Notes under the pieces: generated by a model
Database searches by the model: none
Told to the model about the DNA's origin: nothing
Seen by the model: only the letters and a program-made list of their open reading frames with translations
Origin: Prorocentrum cordatum
Lineage: Eukaryota
Length of the DNA: 64,000 nucleotides
Direction of reading: 5' to 3'
Assembly: GCA_963575745.1 (NCBI GenBank)
Contig: CAUYUJ010000203.1
Location: 1-64,000, forward strand
Translations under genes and position numbers: made by a program
In this document: positions 43,780 through 56,360 of the stretch, piece after piece
Numbering within the stretch: the first letter of the stretch is position 1
Layout: the number at the start of each line of letters is the position of its first letter

Positions 43780-45005
43780 GAAAGAAACACACAGACACAA
43801 TTCATCGGCGATTCCCAGAAAACATGGGAAAATATGGGAAGTGGGGGGGAAGACAGAAACCCAGACAATATGGGAAAATATAGGGGAATTCTTTTACTTG
43901 TGTGTATTTATGTGTGTGTCCCAGGGCCCCTTCACTTTCGCCCCCCCCCCCCCCCCCCCCGAGAAAGCAGGGCCGTGTCCACCACATCGCGGGCAGGGCC
44001 CCAGGGCTGCGGCCCCGATGGCACGGGGCGCGGCTTCTGGCCGGTGCCCCCCCGCGGAGCGCATCTCCGTGCCGCCCCGGAAGCCAGCCCGCGGGGGCCT
44101 GCGTGAGGGTGTGGTCGCCGCCCGTGAGAGTGCAAGCTGACGCAGCGGCTCCCTCCTCCTCCTCCTCCTCCTCCTCCTCCTCCTCCTCCTCCCCCTCCTC
44201 CTCTTCCTCCTCCTCCTCCTCCTCCTCCTCCTTCTCCTCCTGTCCTCCTCCTCCTCCTCCGCTTGTGAGAGTGCAAGGATGACCTGGTGCACAGAGGGGC
44301 GGGGCGCGCAGGAGCAGCGAGCACCGCACAGGTGCGCCTCAGCTTCGGGCGTCCGCTGGCGGCTCCTCCACCGCCCCTTGCGAGGGCACGCGTTCCGCCT
44401 GCCTTCCCGCGCGCCCTCGATCCGTGGGCCTCGGCCATCCCCGCGCGCGCCACGTGGGCGCCCACGGCGGGCTTCTCTCCAGTGGCTCTCTCGCGAGGAC
44501 CCTTTCTGTGTCAGGAGGGACAGAACACACACACAGGCACAATCCTCCGTCGAGTCCCCATGGGAGGTGGGAAAATGTTCGGAGGTGGGGGGGGGAAGAC
44601 GAAAACCTAGAAACTAGGGGGGCAATATGGGGAATCCTGCCGCTTGTGTCCATCTACTCGTGTGTCCCGGTGCCCCCCCTCCTGTGCTCCGCGCGCGCTC
44701 TCCTGTTTCGTGGCCCCATAGGGAACTCCACCGAAGGCCCCAGTGGCTGCTCTCGCATGCGGTTCCCCCACCCAGGGCAGCGCTTCGTGGCCCCATAGGG
44801 AGCCCCACCGAAGGCCCCCGTGGCGCCGTTCGCATGCGGTTCCCCCACCCAGGTCGATTCCCCATCCAAGGTGGGAAAAGGTGGGAAGTGGGGGGGGGGG
44901 GAAGACGAAAACCTAGAAACCATGGGGAAAGATGGGGACTCCTGTCACTTGTGCCTATCTGTTTGTGTGTCCCGGTGCCCCTCCACTGTGCTCCGCGCGC
45001 GCTCT
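43780..45005. repeat. Cluster of a dispersed ~150-bp repeat (ACACACAG...GGGAAGTGGGGGG...AAACC...GTGTGTCCC); further copies near 57850-57990 and 59960-60110
   Basis: Similar blocks at 43780-43930, 44520-44700, 44870-45005; also a tandem duplication gtggccccataggg... at 44710-44850. Confidence 0.75.
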
Positions 45006-45576
45006 CAGGGGCCCCCAAACGGGGTGGTGACCACGCCGTGCGGTGAGTTGTTGGGGATTTGGGGTCACCGCACGGTTTTGGGACTCGGGACTTCGAGGTC
45101 ACCGCACGATCTGTCACCGCACCGTTTCGGGACTGCAAAGCTCTCCCGTGCACCGTGCGGCACCTGCCCCCATCCCTCTCGGGCCTCGGCGCCCCCGAGG
45201 CGCGCACGCCCTATGCCGCCGGCGGGAGGGCGGCCTCCACCCCGCCCGCCCTCCTCCGCCCCGCCCCGCCCCGGGGCCTGCGCGCCGGCCTCCCCGCGGG
45301 CCGCAGCCCCCTCGCGGCAGGGGGCATAACACACGCCCCTACCCTAGTTTACGAGGCGCTGTGCGCTGAAGCTCCGCTGGGCTGACAGGGTGGCCCTGCG
45401 TGGCGTGCCGCGTCCTGGCGGCTCTCTAGGCTTTTCCGGGTTCCCAGGAGCACTTGTAATCCAGGGTAGGGCCGTTTTTTCATCCCTCAACTCGCGGCAG
45501 GGCTGGGCCAGAGCGGCGTGTTGGCGACTTCGGGGGCTGTTTTCGCTTCGACGGCGCTCTGCGGTGGATCAGGGCT

Positions 45577-45810
45577 CCGAATCATCGGGGGTAACTCGGG
45601 TCAGGGCCAAGTCGGCTTCCTTTGTTCGGGAATCCAAACCCGAGTTACCCCGGACCCGAGTTACCCCGGATAACTCGGGCGTCCAGAGCCCCGAATCATC
45701 AGGGGTAACTCGGGTCAGGGCCAATTCGGGTTCCTTTTCCGGAGATCCAAACCCGAGTTACCCCGGACCCGAGTTACCCCGGACCCGAGTTACCCCGGAT
45801 AATTCGGGCG
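45577..45810. repeat. 114-bp tandem duplication built from direct and inverted copies of CCCGAGTTACCCC
   Basis: Units start at 45577 and 45691; each has GGGGTAACTCGGG followed by 2-3 copies of its reverse complement. Confidence 0.85.
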
Positions 45811-46579
45811 CCCAAGTGGAGGCGGAGTGAAGACAAGCGAGGGAACACGAAGGCAAAACGAAAAAACGAAAAACACCGTTTAGGTTCAGCCCTGCCTCGC
45901 GGCCCTGCACACGCAAGCCAAGGGTGGGCAGCCCGGGTTGTGGGCAGCGCGTGCGTCGTTGTGCGCATGAAGGGAGGAAAAACCGCCTGGACCCGATACT
46001 TGGCGCTTGCTAAACAGCCTCGGGCCTTTGCTAAACCGCCCCTGCCCTGTTCGATTCCTTCTTCTTTGGGCGCGTTGACTAAACGACTTTCCGCGTCGGG
46101 GTGGTTATCATGGGGGTGGATTTCTTGACACCTAACGCCTGGGCTGCGACCGCCCATGTGTTCGGCGAGGCCAGCACTGGGGCCGGTGGCTGCAGAGGAG
46201 GGGCAAAGCCACGCCACGTGGTGCTGTTTCTTTGTCTCGGTTGCGGGGCCTCCGGGGGGCTCCCCGTCGAGGCCGACGATGACGACACAGTGTCCGCCGC
46301 CTTTGTTTCGCGACGCCACGGGGTTTGGGTCCCAGCTGCGCTCGCTGAGCCCCCCTTATCGGATAACACGATGAAGACGTGGCCTCATTTAGGTCCCCGT
46401 CCTCGCATTCGGGATCATACATCTGGGCGGTTTGGTCTGACACACCCGCAGAAAAAGACCCCCCATCCCTAATGTTCCTGGCCTTCCCAATTGAGGTACC
46501 ATGCCAAATGGTTAGGGGCACTCTTTGCGTATCCCCCCCCCTTGCGTGCGCGCGCGCGCGCCTTCGCGAGTGTGCCCAG

Positions 46580-46630
46580 GTCAAGGCCAAGGACGCCCTG
46601 CAGACGCACGAGGAGAAAAAGAGGTTCGAG
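46580..46630 (+). CDS. Candidate host-gene exon (VKAKDALQTHEEKKRFE)
   Basis: CAG|G acceptor, 51 nt phase 0, GAG|GC donor. Confidence 0.55.
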
Positions 46631-47129
46631 GCCTTGCCGAAGCAGGAGATGTGCACTCCTCTTCCTAGGTTTGAGTCGGACATGTCCCTGTACATGATGA
46701 GTACTCAATAATAGTGGAGCATAATATGGTGACGATTGTTCGTGCTGTTCAAACCATTTTGACTATTTGTTTGTGTTCCGGATCCCTTCCAGAATTCGCG
46801 CTGTAGGAGGACATGCCCGACCTCATGTTAGATATCGTCCGTTCTGCGTCGCCCTTCTGCTGAGGAGAGAGGGGTATGAGAGGGGATGGGAGGGGTTGGG
46901 ATCGGGGAGAGGGGCGGTCAGGCCTGAGGGCAGCTTTCCCATTTTCCACCGCTATTCCCCCTCCCCCCTCGCCGCATGTCAACATCTTGAGCCCCCCCCA
47001 GTAGACGCGTCGGACTGGAGAGGCAAGAGACTGACACAATAGTAGGAAGATCTAGATCTAGATCTAGATCTATATATATTTACATATATATATACATATA
47101 TACATTTATACAGAGAGAGAGAGAGTGAA

Positions 47130-47162
<33 letters not shown>

Positions 47163-47868
47163 AGCGAACGGAAGTATTATGAGAGAAAGAGAGGGAGAGA
47201 GAGAGACAGAGAGGCAGAGACAGAGAGAACAACAGAAGATTCAATATCCACAAGAAAAGCAGACGTCCAGCAATGAACCTTACAGCCAGGTGCCCCCAGA
47301 AGGGCCAGCTGACACAGTGACGGGTGGGCTTGTTCGTGTCCATGCCCCCGCTGCGTTTTTGTGACTCCTGCTCGGCTGCACGGAAGCGAGGCTGTAAGGC
47401 AGGGAATGGCAAATAACCTTTACACTGCTCAGGCGGGGGATGGGGTCGGCGGCCAGCCCGGGGTTCAAGTGAGATGGGGCGGGCCTCCTCAGAAGGCTCG
47501 GAAGTCCCCCGGCCATTCTAAGAAGTTTTCTCTGCCTTCCCCGAAGACGCAGAAAGCTTCTCAGGAGGCCAGAGGGCTTCTGAGAAGTCTCGAAGCTTTT
47601 GAGAAGGCCTTCTCACTCTGACTTCCCTCTCTGCCTTCCCCGAAGACGCAGTAGTAAACTTCTCAGAAGGGCGGAGGGCTTCTGAGAAGTCCCGCCGCTT
47701 TTGAGAAGGCCTTCTCCCTCTCACTCCCCCCCCGCGCTCGCCGCCAGGAGGGGACGGGAGAGGTTCGTCACGAAGGGAGCGGGCCCCCGCTGCTCCTTCC
47801 CGCTCGTCGCCCTCCCCCCTTCGGCCCTGCTCCCGCCATCCACTGGTTTCGTCGGGTGCTCATTTGAG

Positions 47869-47955
47869 GACAAGGAGGACGTGTCGGGAGGCCTCCAGAG
47901 GTCTGGCCAGCGACGTGCCGCGAAGCCGGTGCAGTCGATCCTCAAGCAGGGGGAG
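47869..47955 (+). CDS. Candidate host-gene exon (DKEDVSGGLQRSGQRRAAKPVQSILKQGE)
   Basis: GAG|G acceptor, 87 nt phase 0, GAG|GT donor. Confidence 0.5.
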
Positions 47956-49073
47956 GTAGTAGGGGAGGGGGGCGACGAGGCAGGGGAGGAGGACGAGGAG
48001 GAGGAGGAGGAGTAGGAGGAGGAGGAGGCGGACAGGAGGAGCAGGAGGAGGTGGGGGGAGGAGGAGGGAGAGGTTGAGTCAAGGAGGAGGAGAGGATGAG
48101 GGAGGGACGGAAGGAGAGGGAGGGAAAGGCGGAAGGTTCGAAGGCCGTGTTGGAGAAGATTAACGACGACGACCCATACCAAGAGACAACAACCCACCCC
48201 CACACCCACTAGGGCAAGCAACAATAGCCTAATGCCTTTTTTTATGGATAAGCCGATTTCGCGTGTTGCTGATGTCGCCCTCTGAGAACGTGCCGCTGCA
48301 TGTGTGCGAAGACGCAGCTCGAGCCATGCTCCAGGGGATCTCGCGCGCGCCTTTGCGTTTCGGAGGTTTGGATGCTCATGTGACATGTAAACACGTGCTG
48401 TGGTTTGTGATACCACGGTGCTCGCCCGCCGCCGGGCGGCTTCTTTTTTGTGCCCTTGCCGGGTGCCTCGCCCTGGGCACGAGCAGTCGACGGCGGCCTT
48501 CGGGCAACGCGCCCCAGAGAGAAGCTGCCCATGTGTGGCGTGGGGGGTGCGGGGGGTGGCTCGGGTGGCCTTCGCCCCAGGACCGGCGGCGCGCCCGGGG
48601 GGGGGAAGCTGGAGGGAGAAGGCCCTCTCAGAAGGCGGAGGGACTTCTCAGAGGCCCTCCGGCCTTCTGGGAAGCTTTTGCCGCGTCTTCGGGGAAGATT
48701 GCGGCGTTAACGTCTCAGAAGGCTGGAGGCCTTCCGAGCCTTCTGAGAAGGCCCGCCCCTTGTCTCGAAAGCCCCAGGGTCGCTTCCGACGGGAGGCGCG
48801 GGAGGGCACTGACAGCTTGAAACACCTCATGTACCATCTCCCTATCTCTATTTTTGGCATCAGCTTACCTCGTTGCCGATCTTGAGGATCCCCTCAGTTT
48901 CTGAGCGCCCGTCCCTCGTCGTCGTCGTCGTCGCCCCCGCCGCCGAAGTCGTCGTCGTCGTCGTCGTCGTCGTCGTTTCGTCTTCGCCTTTGGCTCAGTT
49001 TGTGGCTGGTCAGGGCAGGCTGGGCAAGGTCTGGGCGGAGCCCAGACATCTTCGCGGCAGACGCGCCCGGCAG

Positions 49074-49130
49074 GAGCAGATCAAGCGCAGCGTCTGGAGG
49101 CGTGGCGTTTCGGCCAGGGACCTGAAGAAG
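49074..49130 (+). CDS. Candidate host-gene exon (EQIKRSVWRRGVSARDLKK)
   Basis: CAG|G acceptor, 57 nt phase 0, AAG|GC donor; reads on into YLNEEL. Confidence 0.6.
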
Positions 49131-50540
49131 GCGCGCGCGGCCGCGCTCGGGCGCTCGCGCGCTCGCGCGCTGCCGGCACTTCTTTACCAGCCGAGAGGAC
49201 CCCGTGTCGGGACGATCGGAATTAGTACAGGCAACCCGCACAGTAAGGATGGGCAACCTTCCCAAGGGTACCCTTGCATCCTTGCCTCCTCGGTCCCCCC
49301 CTGGGCCATTTTCGTTGTCCGCGCCCGGCTCGAAACGCTTTGAATTGGGCGTCCAAGGCCGTTGCATCCTTATCCCTCATCCTTATGATACGGGCCGACT
49401 GTACGGGAAGGATGGCACTAAGACAGACAGCATTTCCGGTCCATGTTGAACCGGATTCGCTGTATGCGTCTGCGCGGACGTTGCCCATGTGAGCAACGCA
49501 GAAAAAAAAACAGGTCGTCCGCGCCGACATTGGCGCGCAAGCTGCCGGCTTAAGGTTGCGCATAAGTGCCTTAAGGTTGCATAAGGCCTCGCTGGCTGCC
49601 CGCGTAAGCCACCCCGTAAGGTGTGGTCGCTGTGTCATATCGCGTAAGAGCCGTTTTTGATCATGGCTCATTTGAGCCAGAAGGCCGCCTGCCCAACAGC
49701 GGTTACTCTGGGTTTTGGACGACATTGGATGTTCGGCATCGAGGCCCATTTTCCTTGCATTAGCTTGCCTAAGGCGATCTTAGTTGGTTAAAGGTTGGTG
49801 CCTCGGGGGGGTACTTTACCCGTTGCTCGGAGGTTCTTTGGGTTCCCCGGTTTCCCTGAGCTTCCCGCTCCCAGTGCCTCCTAGCGTTACGTTGCCCGTT
49901 CAGAGGAGTTTCTCCGGGCCCGGGGAACAATGCCAAGCAATGCCAAATTCTTCGCCCATGCAATAGGACATTCCCTCCCAATTTGGGGTCGTGCCAGGTT
50001 CATCTTGTACACCACCACCGCCCGCAGAAGAAGTCATGGCAAAGATGTCTGGCAGCAGGGTCATGCCAGACGAGGCTGCGATCCCGCGGCGATCCAGAGA
50101 ACAGCGTGGCGCCGGGGCGCCGTGGTAGTATAGGGGAGGTCCTGAAGCAGAAGTAGCGCTTGTTGGTGGCAGTGTGTAGAAATTGTTCCTCTTTGTAGCC
50201 AAATTTATATGCACCACGACCGCGCGTGGTTTCATTAATTCGGTCTCGGTCCTCAGGAGGGAGTGGGCAGTCTGGTTGCCGATGGCGGCGGGAGAGGGGC
50301 GGCGCTGTTTCCACCAAAGCAAAGCTGCACCACATCGGGTTTTAGGCCTGGGCAGATCGCGAAGGTGACTGTCCCAACGAGAGCCCTGAGAAACAGAAAA
50401 ACAGGGCGACTGATGGAACCCCAAACAGGGATCCACGTCAGTGCAAGCACTCTTTGGGGAATCGCGGTGCTGCGTGGTCCCCAGACGGTGTCTGCGCGGC
50501 GTAGGGCAAGCGCTGTTTGAGAATCGGTGGTGCAACCGTA

Positions 50541-50759
<219 letters not shown>

Positions 50760-51787
50760 CTTTTCCTCCTCCTCCTCCTTCTCTTCCTCCTCCTCCTCCT
50801 CCTCCTCTTTTGCCGTCTCTTTATCAATTATTTTTTTCCGGTAGTAGACAGAGATGGTAGCAGCAGAGCAAGGAGTGCGCGGACGATGAGAAATCATTGT
50901 TTCCCGGTCTTGGTGGTGGTGGTCATAGAATAGACGACGAGTTTGAAGACAGCCCAACCCACCCCCACCTCTGCCAGGGTCCCCACCACCGATATGGTGA
51001 TCCAGCGGGTCCTGGCTCGCGGTGGGGGTATTTTGAAGGGTTCTTGGGGGACATCTGATCAGGCCTCGCTTTCTGACGCTCGGGCGCTCCGGCGCCGCAC
51101 CCGCAGCACCATGGACGGTGCCCATGTGCGGGCGTGCTTCCGTGCTTCCGTGGGTGCCACAACCACCCTCATTTCCAGCCAGGACCCCCCAGATCACCGG
51201 GTCAGGAGTGGGGGTCCTGGCTGGGGTGGGGTGGGGGACGGGATGTGATGTCTTCAACGAGTAGCGGCCACGCGCAGAGGGGCGTAGGGGAGGGCGGAAT
51301 GCTTCAGCACCCCTGCTTCTTAGAAGGCGCGCGCCTGATCTGTAGATGTAGGGCCGGCGCCTTCTAAGAAACAGCCCCCTTCGAAGAAGATTTCCCCCCT
51401 CCCCCTGCCCCCCTCCGCGCGCCGCCAAGAGGGGCTGGGGGGGGGAAGGCAGGAGGGGGAGGAGGGGGAGGGGGAGGGGGAGGAGGGGGAGGGGGAAGTG
51501 GAGGAGTAGGGGGAGGAGGAGGAGGAGGAGGAGGAGGAGGAGGAGGAGGAGGAGGAGGAGGAGGAGGAGGAGGCCTGGCGGGTGTGGGGGTGGGTTGTGG
51601 TGTCCCCGAGGAAGAGACGGCACGACAAAGTCCGCGGAGGGGCTGCGGGGGGGGGGGGCTGGGAGGGCGCAGGCCGCCAGCCTCACGCCCCACTGCGCCC
51701 TGCCAGCACGCCAGGCAGGCCCGCGGCTCACCGCATAAGACCTGGGGCGCATCCCGGAAGCCGGACCGAGGTGGAAGGTCGAGGTCG

Positions 51788-52008
51788 ATTGTCTGCACAG
51801 ACGGAATGGTGCGGAAAAAATGGGTACAATGCCCAACAGCAGTTCCTGCTCATTTTGAACCGGACTCGCTGTCCTCGCCGCCGCGGCCTGTGTCCACCTG
51901 AGACAAAAGGCCGCCTGCCCAACAGCTTCCGCTGTTGGTTTGGGACAACACTTGTGGTTGGGCATTGTACCCATTCTTTCTGTTCCCATTTCGGGCGTCC
52001 ATACAAAC
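51788..52008. mobile_element. MITE-like inverted-repeat element flanked by a 28-bp perfect direct repeat; second family copy near 62672-62900
   Basis: aatgggtacaatgcccaac / gttgggcattgtacccatt inverted core; flanks gccggaccgaggtggaaggtcgaggtcg at 51760-51787 and 52009-52036. Confidence 0.75.
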
Positions 52009-55000
52009 GCCGGACCGAGGTGGAAGGTCGAGGTCGGCTGGGGGAGGGGACCCTCAAGTTTGGCTTGCTTGTTAGATGTTCTCGTGCCTCCTGGGGGAGG
52101 CCACCTTCGACCCTCGAAGGCCCTTCAGTGTGGGCCGGCGCAGGGTCTCGTGTTCTCGGAGGAGGTTCTGCTGTCCTACAGTCGGCCCAGATAAGAAGTA
52201 GGTCGCCCCTGCCAAATCAAGGGTACCCTTGTGTCTTGCGCCTCGCGACCCATGTTTCCTACATTCCTGTGGCAATGTGGCCCTCAGAAGGGTCTTGTGT
52301 CCTCTCGCGTGACCTGTCCGATCGAGTCCGACTGTAGGTCCGACCGCATCTGGCGGGGATGGGGGTGGGTTGTCATGTCCCCAACGAAGATAGACCATGA
52401 GCGGAAAGGGGGGAGGGGGAGGGGGGGCGGAGGGCTGCTCAGAAGCACCCCTGCTCCTTAGAAGGGCGCGGGCCTTATCTGTAGATAAAGGGCCGGCGCC
52501 TTTTGAGAAACAGCCTCCTTCTAGAAGACGGCGATTGGGGGGGGGGGGGGGGGGCGATACATGGGGGGGGGGGAGCGAGGTCTGCAGAGAAGGGGGGCCC
52601 CTCTGGGGCTCTTCACGGGGCCTTCGAGGGCCCCCAAACGGGGCCTTTTTGGGGGCCCGAGGTGGGCACCAGATCCTGCACCAGATCTTGGTTTAAAGTT
52701 GACGTCGCGCGTGACATTTCGCCACCAGCAGTGTTTCGCAAGTGTCGAGCGTGGCCGGCACGCGGGTACGGGAGACTGTTCTGGCAGGGCCTCGGGGTCC
52801 ACCTCACGGGCACGGTGAGGATGCCACTGTGTCGGCGGGAGCTGCTCTGCTGGTGCTGTGTAGGAGAGACAAAAAATCTTGCGTGATCCTGCACCGCCAG
52901 GGGTGCACTGGCCCGGGCTTGGGTGCAGGATCCTGCGGGCTCCTGCGTGACTTTGCCGGACATTGCAGGATTTTGCTATGCCTGGCGAGCCCGGGTCTGC
53001 ATTGACCTGGGGTCAGTGGATCCCCGATGATTTGGGGCGCATCCCGTACCTTCAGCGTCCTGACCATCGGGGAACAAACAATGACATTTACATAAAAACT
53101 CTAAGGTCTGCGCGGAGTTCTCGGATCGGTACTCGGGCCATCTGGCGGCGCTTCTGGCGCCGCCCATGGCGCGCTCCGCGCACCAGGGAGGTGCATCCAG
53201 CTTCGATTAGAGAAATCCGCGCGGGTCTCTGAATTGTTATGTTTACGTCATTGCTTGTTCCCCTAGACTAGACGACTGCTCAGAGACGATACCGCTACCC
53301 TTGCCTGGTTTTTGCTTTTGTGGGCTTCCTGGGAGGTCCTCGTCGCCACGGCTGGATTATCCTGGAAATTCTGGTCAGAGCGCACCCCAGGAGAGGTCCC
53401 GGGAGTAGCAGTATGGGTATTTTCTGTTTTTCCTACTTGCCCAGCGTGCTGAGCAGAAGAGTGCGGCAGTTTTTTCTTCGTTTTCGGCCCAGGGGGGTCC
53501 TCGCCAGGCCCCAGGACAGTCAAAGAGAGGCTTCGGCTCAGGATACACAAAAGGCTCCGGGAGAGATGTCTCGGAACCTCTGGAGACCCCGTCTTGAGAG
53601 AAAAGGACAGAAACCAAGACATCAGATCTCTCGGAGTGTTCTGTTCGTTCCCAGCGTTGGGCTTTCGGGCCATCACAGATGGACGGGAGGCGAAACACCA
53701 CAGAGAAGGCGTCGAGAACTTTGGAAAATATGTCCACTGGACGCCTGGGAAGGCTTGCCCCCATGGCTTGCCACGGCGTCGACGGCGGCGACGGCGACGA
53801 CGGTGACGGCCTCGGCGTAGATGTCTTCGACGTCTTCGACGTTTCTTGGGGTACGTCTGGAGATTCTCGTGGCCACCGCGGGACCGCGGCTCGGGAAACC
53901 GGCCGAGGGGGGCCCACCCATGGGAGGGGTCCAGGGGCCAATTCTGCGCCAGTTTTGGTCGGACGACGGCGGCGGCGGCGGCGACGGCGACGACGACCAC
54001 GACGACGGCGGCGGCGACGATGCTGGCGACGGCGGCGGCGGCGAAGGCGACGACAACGGCAGCGACGACGACGGCCAGGCCCGAACTGGTCCCGAAGAGC
54101 AGGAGAGGTCTTGAACCCGGAACAACGGGGAGCAGGAGAGAGGAGGAGGACCAGGGCGGGGGTGGTGGTGGCGAAGGGGTTCCAAACTAAACGTCAAAAC
54201 AGACGCAGTGTGCGGAGGATTCGCGCGGAACTGCTCCTGCTGAGTTGGGGAACATACCAATGGCCGTCAAGCTGGTAAGTCCAAAGCCGTTGGGGGAGGA
54301 TTGGGATACTCTGCACCCTCAAGATCCGCAAGCTCTCTGATCTTCTATCTATTCGAGACACTTCGCGCAACCCCACAAGCCCATCCAGAGACGAAGCCCA
54401 TGCAAGTTGCCCTGATCAAGGGTGTGGAGGCGCATGCAGTGGAATGAAGGACTAGGGAAGCCGTCATACCACAAGCGTGGGAGGATGGAGGAGGAATCGG
54501 AGGAGGAGGGGAAGAAACGGATTGGAGGAGGGTGGAGGAGGAATGGGCGGATGAGGAGGAGAAGAAGGAGGAGGAAAACGAGGAGGAGGAGGAGGAGACG
54601 GAGGAGGATGAGAGCGAGTAGAAAGGCAGGCTTGGTCCTCTTGGATGCCTCTCGGGGTCTCCTCGGATGTCTCTTAGGAGATTCTCAGAGTTCTCTCGCG
54701 GCGTCTTGGAGGCCTCTTGGCGTCTGGTTGGGTCTTCCGCCATGGTAATATTTTGACAGGAACGGTGGGGTGAGGGGCGCCTGGGTGCACTCATAGGTTG
54801 GCTGCCGGTCGGGTGGGGGAGGAGGTGTTTTGTTTATTGGGAGCACCGATTGAAGCCCTCCCCGAAGGGGAAGAGGGACGATGGAAGAGGAAACGCCCTG
54901 AACCAACTCCGCCCAGAGAGCTGGTGGGATTCTTCTTGCCGTTATCTGGACGACGTGGACGACGACGACCCCTACGACCTCCTTTTGGGATGCGTTCTGG

Positions 55001-55663
55001 CCAGAACTTCGTCAGTAGTCCAGCCGTGGCCACTGGGGCGCTCTCCAACGTCCAGAACTGGCTCCACAAAGGGCCGAAAGCTTCGAGCGATGGACGACGA
55101 CCACGACGACTACGACTTCGACTACGACGGGAGCCAGGTGCATAACAACCAACACCGCGAAGACAAACCGAATGGGGCCAAAACGACGTCTTCGATCTGG
55201 AAAACATGTGTCAGCAACGTTGTATGCTTTTCGGTCCCCTGCAGCAGCCGTTCGGTCCCCAATTCCTGCTGGTCGAGCAAGTTCTGGGTTCAGAGCGCTC
55301 CGGATCGCTCTCAGAGCGCTCTGGAACGCCTTGAGAAGGCCGCGGCGCCCGAGACATTCTTCAGAGCCGACGGATCTCAGAGATTATCGGCTTCTCCTCA
55401 CCCGAAGCCTTCTCCTTGTCCTGGTCTCGTCTCAAGGTTAGCTCGGGCATGTCCTTCTACAGGCGGATTTTGAAATGGAAGATGAAACACTGTCAAACAA
55501 TATTCAAGCATTGTCTGAGCATAGTCGAAACATGTTCCTCATTGTTGAAAAACTATGTTTCAACATTATTCCTGTAGAGGGAGACATGCTCGACTTAATC
55601 TCAAGGTTGTTTTTGTGGGGGTGCCGTGGCGGGGACCTCGCCGCGCGTCCCGCGCCCCCGCAG

Positions 55664-55703
55664 TACCTGAACGAGGAGCTGGACCAGGAGCAGGCCTGCC
55701 TAG
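55664..55703 (+). CDS. Candidate host-gene exon (YLNEELDQEQACL-G)
   Basis: CAG acceptor, 40 nt ending in phase 1 at TAG|GC; phase matches the 62330 exon. Confidence 0.6.
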
Positions 55704-55959
55704 GCGCCCAGCGTCGCCGTCGCGGGGGGCGCGGTGCTGTCGGGCGTCGATGTCGGGAGGGGGGCAAGCAATCGAATAACAGACAAACGCCATAAACATT
55801 GGGTCGGGCACGTCCCTGCACAGGAGAAAGATCTAGAAATAAAAAAAAATAGCCTGGGGACGATGTTCCGTGCATTTATTGTCATTTTCTTAATCTGTCC
55901 CCATATCCAAAGGATGGGGTTCTTGTTATTCTCCGACCGCGCCGGACTACCCATACCAT

Positions 55960-56064
55960 GATGATGACCATGGTATGATGAGATAACGACCATGGTATGG
56001 TGAGCGTATGATGTGAGTACGATGGTGATGGTGCATGATGGATGCGTATGATGATGAGTACGAC

Positions 56065-56148
<84 letters not shown>

Positions 56149-56186
56149 CATGATCATGATCATGATCATGATCATGATCATGATGG

Positions 56187-56221
<35 letters not shown>

Positions 56222-56360
56222 CTGATGATGATGAAGATGATGCTGATGATGGTGATGCTGCTGCTGCTGCTTATGATGATGATGATGATGATGATGATGA
56301 AGAAGAAGAAGAAGAAGAAGCTGCTGATTATGATGATTATGGCGATGAGCAGATGATGAG
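55960..56360. repeat. (GAT)n compound microsatellite; another at 63520-64000
   Basis: Directly visible. Confidence 0.95.
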
